From: Myxococcales bacterium
GTDB lineage: Bacteria; Myxococcota_A; Polyangia; Polyangiales; JAFGIB01
Direction: 5' to 3'
Length of the DNA: 64,000 nucleotides
Assembly: GCA_050118535.1 (NCBI GenBank)
Contig: JASFKR010000005.1
Location: forward strand, 5,199 to 69,198
Shown piece by piece: positions 20,866 through 31,191 of this stretch. The number at the start of each line of letters is the position of its first letter. Positions within the stretch are counted from its first letter, which is position 1. Both the position numbers and the translations under genes were made by a program. A model generated the notes under the pieces. It was not told the origin of the DNA, did not search any database, and was given only the letters and a program-made list of their open reading frames with translations.

Positions 20866-22232
20866 GACTCGCCCCTTTCCGTTAGGGCCTGCACGGCCCG
20901 CTGAAAGACCTCGCCGCGGTGGGCGTAGGAGCGGAACATGTCGAAGCTGGCGCAGGCCGGCGACAGCAGCACCGTATCGCCCGGCCGCGCGAGCTCCCGT
21001 GCGTGGGCGACGGCCGCCTCCAGGGAGTCGGCCCGTGCGACCGGCAGCGGCTCGCCCTTCAGGGCGGCGGCGATCAGCGGAGCGGCCTCACCCACGAGCA
21101 CGGCCGCACGTCCCACCCGGCGCAGGCGCTCGACCAGCGGCGCATAGCTGCCGCCCTTGTCCTTGCCGCCGGCGATCAGCACCACCTTGCCGTCGCCGCC
21201 CGAGAGACCGTCGAGGGCCGCGGCGGCCGCGCCCACGTTGGTGGCCTTGGAGTCGTCCAGGTAATGCACGCCATCGAGCGTGCGCACCCGCTGCATGCGG
21301 TGCGGCAGCCCGCGGAAGCCGCGCAGGGCGGCGGCGACGACGCCGACCTCGACCCCGGCCTCGCGCGCCAGGAGCATGGCCGCGCAGGCGTTGTCCAGGT
21401 TGTGGCGCCCGGCCAGACCGACCTCGGCGGCGGGAACCGAAAGCCCGCTGCCCAGGTCGTGCAGGGCGTCCCCCTCCACGCGAGCTTCGCCTTTCGCGCC
21501 CCCGAAACGCAGCAGTCGGCCGCGGCCGCGGCCTGCGAGCTGCTCGCACAGCACGTCACCGTCGGGCACCACCGCAGCATCCTCGGGCGTCTGGTTGTCG
21601 AAGATGTGGCCCTTGGCCTCGGCGTAGGCCTGGAAGCTGGGATAGCGGTCCAGGTGATCGTCGGTGACGTTGAGCAGCGCCGCGGCGTTGACCCGAAGAC
21701 GATCGACGCGCTCGAGCTGGAAACTCGACAGCTCCACCACGGTCACGCCACCGGGGCCCGCGGCGTCGGTGCCCACCACGTCGATGAGCGGCGTGCCCAG
21801 GTTGCCGCCCACGAAGGTGGGGCGCCCCGAGCGCTGGCACATCTCGCCCACGAGCGAGGTCACGGTGCTCTTGCCGTTGGTGCCGGTGATGCCGACGAGC
21901 GTGCCCTCGATGAAGGCGGAGGCCAGCTCGATCTCGCTGACGACGGGCACGCCCGCGCGCTCTGCGGCGTCGAGCGCGGGCAGTGGCGGCACTCCGGGAG
22001 AGACGACGATGCGGTCCACCGCCGTGAAGAGCGCCTCGTCGTGATGGCCCAGGGCCAGCTCGGCGCCCTGTTGCGAGAGCTCGCGCACGGCCGCGTCGAG
22101 CTCACCCAGGCTGCGGCGATCGTTGAGCACCACACGAGCGCCGCGCGACAGCAGCAGGCGCGCAGCCGCCACGCCGCTCTTGCCGAGCCCCACCACCAAT
22201 ACCTTGCTGCCCGCGAGCTCCACCGTCGTCAC
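20856..22232 (-). CDS. murD: UDP-N-acetylmuramoylalanine--D-glutamate ligase
   Basis: ORF 20856..23057. The GTG at 22232 overlaps the mraY TGA (aGGTGAcg) and gives VTTVELAGSKVLVVGLGKSGVAAARLL. GITGTNGKST. Confidence 0.9.
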   Translation of the reverse strand: MTTVELAGSKVLVVGLGKSGVAAARLLLSRGARVVLNDRRSLGELDAAVRELSQQGAELALGHHDEALFTAVDRIVVSPGVPPLPALDAAERAGVPVVSEIELASAFIEGTLVGITGTNGKSTVTSLVGEMCQRSGRPTFVGGNLGTPLIDVVGTDAAGPGGVTVVELSSFQLERVDRLRVNAAALLNVTDDHLDRYPSFQAYAEAKGHIFDNQTPEDAAVVPDGDVLCEQLAGRGRGRLLRFGGAKGEARVEGDALHDLGSGLSVPAAEVGLAGRHNLDNACAAMLLAREAGVEVGVVAAALRGFRGLPHRMQRVRTLDGVHYLDDSKATNVGAAAAALDGLSGGDGKVVLIAGGKDKGGSYAPLVERLRRVGRAAVLVGEAAPLIAAALKGEPLPVARADSLEAAVAHARELARPGDTVLLSPACASFDMFRSYAHRGEVFQRAVQALTERGESWD

Positions 22233-23352
22233 CTCAGCTTCAGACTCGAGAGGCTCGCGATGGCGAGCATGATGGAGATGATCCAGAAACGCACGATCAC
22301 CTTGGGCTCGGCCCAGCCCATCTTCTCGAAGTGGTGGTGGATCGGCGCCATCAGGAAGATGCGCTTGCCGAAGAGGCGGTAGGCGGCGACCTGGCCGATG
22401 ACGCTGACCGCCTCGACCACGAAGATCCCGCCGAGCAGCACGCTGAGCAGCTCGTTCTTGGTGGCCACGGCGATGCCGCCGAGCCCGCCGCCCAGCGCCA
22501 GGGCCCCCACGTCTCCCATGAACACCTGCGCGGGGTAGGTGTTGTACCAGAGGAAGCCCACGCCGGCGCCGATCATGGCGCCGCAGTAGATGGCCAGCTC
22601 GCTGGCGCTGCCGATGGACGGGATGTCCAGGTAGCGGGCCACGTCGTAGCCGAAGATCGTGACGCCAGCCAGGTAGCTCAGGATCATGTAGGTGCCGGCG
22701 TTGATCATCACCGGGCCGATGGCCAGACCGTCGAGCCCGTCGGTGAGATTGACCGCGTTGGAGGTCCCCACGATGACCACGGACGCGAAGGCGACGTAGG
22801 CCCAGCTCGGCAGCTGCATGGGGTGCTTCTCGAAAGCCACGAAGGGCACCGCGAGGCGGTCGCGCAACACGACCCAGTCCCCGGGCAGGCCGCCCTCGCC
22901 GTACCAGAGGTAGATGCACACACCGATGGCGATGGGGAACTGCAGCAGCAGCTTCCAGCGCATGGGCAGGCCGCCCGTGTGCTTGTGCTTGATCTTGAGC
23001 GCATCGTCGGCGTAGCCGATGGCTCCGTAGAGGGCGGTGATGGCGGTGACGACCCACACCATGGTGTTGCGTGGATCGACCCAGAGCACGGTGGCGCCGA
23101 TCAGGGCCAGCAGGATCAGGGAGCCGCCCATGGTCGGCGTGCCTGCCTTGGAGAAGTGGGTCTCGGGGCCGTCGTTGCGCACGACCTGCCCGATCTGTCG
23201 CTGCTGCAGCCGCCGGATGAACCAGGGCGTGAGCCCGAAGGTCAGCAGCATCGCGGTCATGGTGGCCGCGAGCACGCGGAAGGGCACGTAGCGCAGCACG
23301 TTGAGGAACGACAGGGACTCGTTCTCGCTGAGCGGGTACAGGAAGTAGTAGA

Positions 23353-23356
<4 letters not shown>
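22229..23356 (-). CDS. mraY: Phospho-N-acetylmuramoyl-pentapeptide transferase
   Basis: C-terminal part of track ORF 22229..25087. The GTG at 23356 overlaps the murF TGA and gives VIYYFLYPLSE.... KAGTPTMGG, NAVNLTDGLDGLA, APIHHHFE. Confidence 0.9.
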
Positions 23357-24779
<1,423 letters not shown>

Positions 24780-24780
<1 letters not shown>

Positions 24781-26279
24781 CAGACCCGCTCCTCCAGCGC
24801 GCGCTGCGCCTCCTCGCGGTCGTCGAAGTGCTCACGCCGCGTGCCGACGATCTGGTAGTCCTCGTGGCCCTTGCCCAGCAGCAGCACGGTGTCGTCCGGG
24901 CGGGCCGCGCGGATGGCGCGGCGGATGGCCTCGCGCCGGCCGGGGCAGACGTGGTAGCCGCGCTCGGCGTGGGACAGCGCGCTGGCCTCGAGCTCGGTGG
25001 CGCCGAGCCGGGCGATGCCCGCGACCACGTCGGCCAGGATCTTCTCGGGCGGCTCGGTGCGGGGGTTGTCGTCGGTGACGATGGCAAGGTCGGCGCCGCG
25101 CACGGCGGCCTGCCCCATCCGCGGGCGCTTGCCCCGATCCCGGTCGCCGCCGCAACCGAAGACGGCGATCAGCCGCCCGCGCGTGACCGGCCGCACGGCC
25201 GACAGCACGCGCTCCACCGCATCGGGGGTGTGGGCGTAGTCGACCAGCACCACCAACTCGTCGTGCTCGACGCGCTCCAGGCGCCCCGGCGCGCCCTTCG
25301 CTTCGGCCAGGGCCTGCAGCACGGTCGGCAGCGGGATCGACAGGGCCAGGCCGCAGCCCAGGGTCACGAGCAGGTTCTCCAGGTTGTGATCGCCGATCAG
25401 GGGGCTGCGCAGCTCGGCCTCCCCGTCGGGCGTGGCGACGCGCGCGCGGGTGCCGGTGGCGTCGACGCTCGACTCGATCACGCGCAGCTCGGCGTCCGGG
25501 CTTCCCTCGCGGGAACAGCGCAACACCCGGCCCCGCACCCGCCGCGCCAGGGACGCGCCGAGCTCGTCGTCCACGTTGATGACCGAGGTGCCGGGCGACA
25601 GCTCGAGAAACAGCCGCGACTTGGCGGCCGCGTAGTTGTCGAAGCTGCCGTGGTAGTCCAGGTGGTCCTGGGAGATGTTGGTGAAGGCGGCCACCTCGAA
25701 GCGCACGCCGTCGGCCCGGCGCATGGCGAGGGCGTGGCTGGAGACCTCGAGGACCAGGTGGGTGGCGCCCGTCTCCGCCGCCCAGCGCGACAGCCGCATC
25801 ATGTCGTCGGCCATGGGCGTGGTGTGCGTGGCCGCGCGCACCCCGCCGGGGCCGCGGAAGCTCACGGTGCCGATCACGGCGGGCGCGTGCCCGGCCCGGG
25901 CGATCACGGACTCGATCAGATAGGACACGGTGGTCTTGCCGTTGGTGCCGGTGACGCCCACGACGGCGAGCCCGGCGGTCGGGTCGTCGTAGAGACGGCG
26001 GGCAATGTCGGCCAGGGCGCGCAGGACGTCATCCGTCAGAGCCACCGGCACCCCGGCCTCCACGGGTCGATCGGAGAGCACGGCCACGGCACCGCGCGCC
26101 ACGGCGTCCGGCGCGAACTCGGCCCCGTGGCGGGTGATCCCCGGGATGGCCGCGAAGAGGTCGCCGGGCTCCACCGCACGCGAGTCGTGGCGGATGCCGT
26201 GGACGCACACCGACGCGTCACCGTCGATCCGCTCGACGAAGCCCGCCTCGAGCAGCCCCTGCAGGGTGAGCTCAGCCAC
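24780..26279 (-). CDS. murE: UDP-MurNAc-L-Ala-D-Glu--2,6-diaminopimelate ligase
   Basis: GTG at 26279. GVTGTNGKTT. The DNPR motif (VTDDNPRTE) indicates a meso-DAP-adding type. Confidence 0.9.
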
Positions 26280-28449
26280 CGGGACCTCCGGCGGCGGCGA
26301 CCTTCAGCTCGCCCGCGTTGGAGGGGCGGCCGTCCGCTTGCGCCTGTTGCGAACCGTCGCCCTGCTGCTCGTCGGGTTGCGCCTGGGGTTGCGCCTGGGT
26401 TTGCGCCTGGGTTTGCGCCTGGGTTTGCGCCTCGGGTTCGCGCACGTGGGGCGGTCGGTCGAGTTGCAGCTCGACGGCAGAGCCCACTTCCACGATGGCG
26501 TGGGCGCGCGGTCGCTGCCCGACGACCACGCCGCTGCCGTCGAGGCGCACCTGCAACTCCGCCTCCTGCACCGCGGCGATGGCGGCGCGGGCGGTGCGGC
26601 CGACCAGTTCCGGCACCAGGCGCTGGTGCTCGGCGAGATCGCCGACGAGCTCCGGCGGCTCCGGACGGGCCGCCTTTTCGGCGGCCTCTTCGGCGGCCTT
26701 TTGCCGAGCCCTGCGCGCCTTTCGTACCTTGCGACGCGCGACCGCGCCGTCGCCGCTGACCGTGCCCACCACGCCCAGGTGGCGGAGCGAAGCGTCCATC
26801 ACCCTCCGGAAGGTGGGCCCGGCGACGGTGCCGCCGTAGTGGGCGATCATGGGCTCGTCGATGACCACGGCCGTGACCAGCCGCGGCCGGCGCGCCGGGG
26901 CGTAGCCGACGAACGAGGACGTCCACTTGCCCTTGGCGTAGCCGCCGTGGACGTAGTCGGCTTTCTGGGCGGTGCCGGTCTTGCCGGCGACCAGGTGTTC
27001 GGGCAGGGCCGCCTCGGTGCCCGTCCCGCCCTCGCCGGTGACGGCGATCAGCATGTCGGAGACCTGCTGCGCGGCCCAACCCGGCACGACCTGGCGCCGC
27101 ACTCGCGGCAGGGCCTCCTCCACCACCTCTCCGCGGGCGTCCTCGACGCGCTTGACCAGGGTCGGCCGCATCAAACGACCGCGGTTGGCGAGGGCACCGG
27201 TGGCGACGGCGAGCTGGACGGCGGTGGCGCTCATGCCCTGGCCGAAGGCGACCGTGGCCGCGTCCATGTCGTACCACTTCTTGTAGTGACGCAGGATGCC
27301 GCCGGTTTCGCCGGGCAGGCGCACGCCGGTCTCTTCGCCGAAACCGAAGTCGCGCAACGTGCGATAGAGGCCGGCGCGCCCCATGGACATGCCGATCTTG
27401 GCGGTGCCGATGTTGCTCGAATAGGCGAGGATCTCGCCGGGCGTGAGCGACTCCCACTGGTGGGTGTCGTGAATCGTGTATTCGCCAACCTCCATCTCAC
27501 CGTCCTGGCAGTCGATCTGCTGACCGGGGCGTACGAAGCCGTGGGCCAGGGCGCCGGCGACGGTGAAGGGCTTGATCGTGGAGCCGGGCTCGAAACGGTC
27601 GGTGAGGGCGCGGTTGCGGCGGTGGCTGGCGTGGACGGCGCCCGGGTCATTGGGGTTGAAGGTGGGGTAGTTGGCGATGGCGAGCAGCTCGCCGGTGTTG
27701 GGGTCGTAGACCACGACCGAGCCACCCTTCGCCTCGAAGGTACGCACGGTCAGCTCCAGCTCGCGCTCGGCGATGTGCTGGATGGTCTTGTCGATGGTCA
27801 GCACCAGGTCGTCGCCCTGGGCAGCGCGGTCGTCGAGCAGTTGCTCCGAATAGACCACCACCCCGCGCCGGTCGCGAATGGCGGGCACCGGATCGGTCGA
27901 ACCGCGCAGGCGCTCCTCATAGGCGAGCTCGATGCCCTCGATCCCGCGACCGTCGATGTTGGCGAAGCCGAGCAGGTGCGCGGCGAGCTGACGGTTGGGG
28001 TAGAAGCGCCGCGACTCGCGCGTGCTCGCCACGCCGGGCAGGTCGACCGCGGCCACGGCCTTGGCCTCGCGCGGCGAGATGCGGCGCTTGACCCAGACGA
28101 AGTAGCGCCGGGATTTCAGCCGTCGCGTGAGCACCTCGGCGTCAACACCCAGCAGAGACGAAAGCTTCCGCGCCACCGCCACCGGGTCGCGACCCGACTT
28201 CTGCACGGCCCGCGGATTGGCGTAGATGCTGTCCACGTCCACGCTGACCGCGAGCTCGGCGCCGTTGCGGTCGTAGATGGTGCCGCGCTTGGGCGACAGC
28301 TCCACGTCCCGCAGGTACTGGGCCTGGGCCATTTCGCGCAGACGGTCGGCGTCGTGCACCTGGACGTCGAACGCGCGCCAGGTCACCGCCGAGGCCCCGC
28401 CGACCAGGAAGAGCGTCAGCAGCGCGATGCGCGCCTTCATCCAGCGCAT
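26272..28449 (-). CDS. ftsI: Peptidoglycan D,D-transpeptidase FtsI (PBP3) with C-terminal PASTA-like domain and Gln-rich tandem-repeat tail
   Basis: ORF 26272..28755. ATG at 28449 gives MRWMKARIALLTLFLVGG. STIKPF (SxxK), YSSNIG (SxN), KTGTA. The C-terminal LVPELVGRTARAAIAAVQEAELQVRLDGSGVVVGQRPRAHAIVEVGSAVELQL is PASTA-like, followed by EAQTQAQTQAQTQAQPQAQP. Confidence 0.87.
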   Translation of the reverse strand: MRWMKARIALLTLFLVGGASAVTWRAFDVQVHDADRLREMAQAQYLRDVELSPKRGTIYDRNGAELAVSVDVDSIYANPRAVQKSGRDPVAVARKLSSLLGVDAEVLTRRLKSRRYFVWVKRRISPREAKAVAAVDLPGVASTRESRRFYPNRQLAAHLLGFANIDGRGIEGIELAYEERLRGSTDPVPAIRDRRGVVVYSEQLLDDRAAQGDDLVLTIDKTIQHIAERELELTVRTFEAKGGSVVVYDPNTGELLAIANYPTFNPNDPGAVHASHRRNRALTDRFEPGSTIKPFTVAGALAHGFVRPGQQIDCQDGEMEVGEYTIHDTHQWESLTPGEILAYSSNIGTAKIGMSMGRAGLYRTLRDFGFGEETGVRLPGETGGILRHYKKWYDMDAATVAFGQGMSATAVQLAVATGALANRGRLMRPTLVKRVEDARGEVVEEALPRVRRQVVPGWAAQQVSDMLIAVTGEGGTGTEAALPEHLVAGKTGTAQKADYVHGGYAKGKWTSSFVGYAPARRPRLVTAVVIDEPMIAHYGGTVAGPTFRRVMDASLRHLGVVGTVSGDGAVARRKVRKARRARQKAAEEAAEKAARPEPPELVGDLAEHQRLVPELVGRTARAAIAAVQEAELQVRLDGSGVVVGQRPRAHAIVEVGSAVELQLDRPPHVREPEAQTQAQTQAQTQAQPQAQPDEQQGDGSQQAQADGRPSNAGELKVAAAGGPGG

Positions 28450-28469
28450 GCGCCGCTCGGGTAGGTTCC

Positions 28470-28778
28470 TCACTGGGCTCTCCCGGACAGCACCCGGCGC
28501 TCGCGTCCGTCGTCCATGGGGACGATCTGGGGCGACTCCGGCACGTCCATCTCGAAGGCGGTGCGCGCCACCGCCTCCACCCGATCGGGCTGGGACAGGG
28601 TCGCGGCCTCCAGCGACAGCAGGCGGCGATTTTCCAGGAGCTTGCGCTGCTCCCGACGCGCGTCGCCCACGTCGTAGCCGAGACGCACGGTCTCGAAGCG
28701 CAGGGTCAGGTGGACGATGAACGAAGCCGCCGTCGCCAGCACGGCGACCATCCACAGAGCCAGAAATCGGGCCTTCAT
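28470..28778 (-). CDS. ftsL: Cell division protein FtsL
   Basis: C-terminal 102 codons of track ORF 28470..29882. ATG at 28778 is preceded by GGAGGTGAACGC. Single TM (FLALWMVAVLATAASFIV) plus a coiled segment. Position between rsmH and ftsI. Confidence 0.65.
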   Translation of the reverse strand: MKARFLALWMVAVLATAASFIVHLTLRFETVRLGYDVGDARREQRKLLENRRLLSLEAATLSQPDRVEAVARTAFEMDVPESPQIVPMDDGRERRVLSGRAQ

Positions 28779-29680
28779 GCGTTCACCTCCGATGTGCGCG
28801 GCACGCGCCGGGCGGCGCGCAGCTTGGCGCTGCGGGCTCGCGGGTTTTCCGAGCGCTCCAGCTCGCCCGCCTGCAGTGGGCGCTTGGTGAGGGGGGAGAG
28901 ACGGTCGTCGCCGCGGAAGGCGCGCTTGACCATCCGGTCCTCGAGCGAGTGAAACGAGATGATCGCCGCGACGCCGTCGTCCTGCAGCAACTCGGGCAGC
29001 TCCGACAGCAGCTGCTCGAGCTGGTCGAGCTCGCGGTTGAGGGCGATGCGCAGGGCCTGGAAGGTGCGCGTGGCCGGGTCGACGCGCCCGCGCTTGGGCC
29101 CGAGCACGCGCACCACGGCCCGGCGCAGGTCGAGCGTGGTGCGCAGCTCCCCGGCGTCGCGGGCGCGCATGATCGAGCGTGCGACGGCGCGCGAGCGGCG
29201 CTCCTCGCCGTAGTGATAGAGGATGTCGGCCAGCTCCGCCTCGCCCACGCGATCGAGCAGCTCCGCCAGGGTCTCGCCCCCGGAGGTGTCCATGCGCATG
29301 TCGAGCGGGCCCTCGGCGGCGAAGGAAAAGCCGCGCTCGGCGTCGTCGAGCTGGGGAGAGCTGACGCCCAGGTCCGCGACCAGGCCGTCGACGCGCCCGG
29401 CGCCGTGCTGCCGCAGGATCGGACCCAGGTCGGCGTAGGCGCCGTGCACGACCACGGCCCGATCGCCGAAGGCCGCGAGTCGCGCGCGCGCCGCTTCCAC
29501 CGCGCGCGGGTCCCGGTCCACCGCCACCAGCCGGCCATCGGGCGCGCTGGCCTCCAGGATGGCCGCGGAGTGACCACCGCCGCCGGCCGTGGCGTCGGCG
29601 TAGAAGCCACCGGAGCGCGGGGCCAGGGCCTGCAGCGTCTCGCGGCACATCACCGATGCGTGATCGAAGGACTGCGTCAC
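28775..29680 (-). CDS. rsmH: 16S rRNA (cytosine1402-N4)-methyltransferase
   Basis: ORF 28775..29806. The GTG at 29680 overlaps the mraZ TGA. HASVMCRETLQAL, DATAGGGGHS, SFHSLEDR. Confidence 0.9.
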   Translation of the reverse strand: MTQSFDHASVMCRETLQALAPRSGGFYADATAGGGGHSAAILEASAPDGRLVAVDRDPRAVEAARARLAAFGDRAVVVHGAYADLGPILRQHGAGRVDGLVADLGVSSPQLDDAERGFSFAAEGPLDMRMDTSGGETLAELLDRVGEAELADILYHYGEERRSRAVARSIMRARDAGELRTTLDLRRAVVRVLGPKRGRVDPATRTFQALRIALNRELDQLEQLLSELPELLQDDGVAAIISFHSLEDRMVKRAFRGDDRLSPLTKRPLQAGELERSENPRARSAKLRAARRVPRTSEVNA

Positions 29681-30129
29681 AGGCCCAGCTCCGCCAGTCG
29701 CCGCGCCATGGCCTGGCGCTTTTCCGCGTCGTCGAGGACCGAGGTGCGCAGCTCCTCGAAGCGCGCCTTGTCCCAGAGCTCCACGTGGGTGCCCATGCCC
29801 GCCCACAGGGCCTCGCGGCTGAGGCCCGCGTGCTTGCGCAGGTTGGCCGGGATGAGCACGCGGCCGAGCTTGTCGAGGTCACACTCGACGGCCCCCGAGA
29901 CGTAGATGCGTCGCAGCATGCTCACCGACTCGTCGAACTGGGGCAGCGCGGCGAGGCGCTCCTCGAAGGCCACCCACTCCTGCAGCGGATAGGCCACCAG
30001 GCAGGGCTCGAGCCCCGTGGTGATCACGATCCGGGACTCGCCCGTGGCCCCCAGGACCTCCCGAAAACGTGAAGGCAGGGAGGTGCGGCCCTTACCATCG
30101 ATGGCGTGCTCGTAGCGTCCGCGGAACAC
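29677..30129 (-). CDS. mraZ: Transcriptional regulator MraZ
   Basis: 150 aa, GTG start. Duplicated SpoVT/AbrB-like halves with AIDGKGRTSLPSRFRE and LDKLGRVLIPANLR. Confidence 0.92.
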   Translation of the reverse strand: MFRGRYEHAIDGKGRTSLPSRFREVLGATGESRIVITTGLEPCLVAYPLQEWVAFEERLAALPQFDESVSMLRRIYVSGAVECDLDKLGRVLIPANLRKHAGLSREALWAGMGTHVELWDKARFEELRTSVLDDAEKRQAMARRLAELGL

Positions 30130-30175
30130 GGCGGCTTACCCCGTCTTTCCACGCGCCTCGACGCATTGGCACTGG

Positions 30176-30231
30176 TTACCACTTCTTACCACGGCGATCC
30201 GAAGCTACGGGGATCGCGAAGCTGGTGTCAA
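30176..30231 (-). promoter_or_regulatory. Putative dcw (mraZ) promoter TTGACA-N18-TAGCTT followed by two GTGGTAA direct repeats at exactly 10-bp spacing (MraZ-box-like)
   Basis: On the minus strand: TTGACA (30231-30226), TAGCTT (30207-30202), then GTGGTAAgaaGTGGTAA (30192-30176), 47-63 nt upstream of the mraZ GTG. MraZ proteins are known to bind short GTGG/TGGG direct repeats phased by one helical turn near their own promoter. Confidence 0.4.
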
Positions 30232-30516
30232 CTTCTTTCGCGGGCGGAAAAGTGCTGGAGATTCAATGGTTTTGGCCGCAACGGTCGGTCCGTGTGGGGT
30301 GGCATCCGACCCGGTCGGCCGGTGGTAGCCGTCACTGCGCCGGCGAAGGGGGACTCATCCGGCCACGAATGTTCAGCACTGAATGGATTATTAGCCTAAC
30401 CGACCAGCACAGGCCGCGGGGCCGAGGTGGGGCGGGGTCCGCGATTGCTCACCTTGCGGAGCGCGGCGCCGAACCTCTAAACTTTTTTTGTAATAACGGC
30501 CCGTTAGGGAGTCCGC

Positions 30517-31191
30517 GTGCAACTCGACTTCAAGGCCCGTGAGCTGACGGTCAAGCTGGTCTACTACGGCCCGGCGCTCAGCGGGAAAACCACGAATCTC
30601 CAGGCCATCCACCGACTCCTGAACCCGGAGGGGCGGGGACGGTTGATGACCCTGGAAACGCGGGACGACCGCACCCTTTTCTTCGACCTGCTGCCGTTGA
30701 GCTTCAACACGGAGTCGGGTCTGACGGTGCGCATCAAGCTCTTCACCGTCCCCGGCCAGGTCATCCACAACTCGACCCGCAAGCTGGTGCTGCAGGGGGC
30801 CGACGGCGTGGCGTTCATCGCCGACTCGCAAACCAACGAGGTCCGCGCCAACCAGGCCTCGTTCAAGGACCTGCGGCGCAACCTGCGCGAGAACGGGCTC
30901 GAGCCATCGAAGATGCCGCTGGTCATCCAGTACAACAAGCGCGACCTGCCGAACATCCGCAGCGAGGAAGAGATCAAGCGGATGGCGGCGCGCGGCAAGG
31001 AGCCCACGTTCCTGGCCACCGCGACCCACGGCACGGGTGTGGCCGAGACCTTCCTGGGGCTGGTCGAGATCACCTGGGACCGGCTGGAGGCCGAACACAG
31101 CCTCCAGGAGCGCTTCGGGCTCGACAAGAACGAGGTGGTCGGGCACCTGCGCAGCCGCTTCGGCGTGCCGGAGGGAGGAGCCGTGTCATGA
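30517..31191 (+). CDS. MglA-family Ras-like small GTPase (MglA paralogue with about 30-aa C-terminal extension)
   Basis: GTG start. KLVYYGPALSGKTTNL (P-loop), DDRTLFFD (intrinsic Arg-finger region), FTVPGQ (MglA-type G3 lacking Asp) and IQYNKRDL (G4) align closely with M. xanthus MglA as I recall it. Confidence 0.85.
   Translation: MQLDFKARELTVKLVYYGPALSGKTTNLQAIHRLLNPEGRGRLMTLETRDDRTLFFDLLPLSFNTESGLTVRIKLFTVPGQVIHNSTRKLVLQGADGVAFIADSQTNEVRANQASFKDLRRNLRENGLEPSKMPLVIQYNKRDLPNIRSEEEIKRMAARGKEPTFLATATHGTGVAETFLGLVEITWDRLEAEHSLQERFGLDKNEVVGHLRSRFGVPEGGAVS

Noticed and set aside
30371-30382. Palindrome TTCAGcaCTGAA in the mraZ / GTPase divergent spacer as a regulator binding site
   Set aside because: It is short (5+2+5), occurs once, and I cannot associate it with any known operator consensus.
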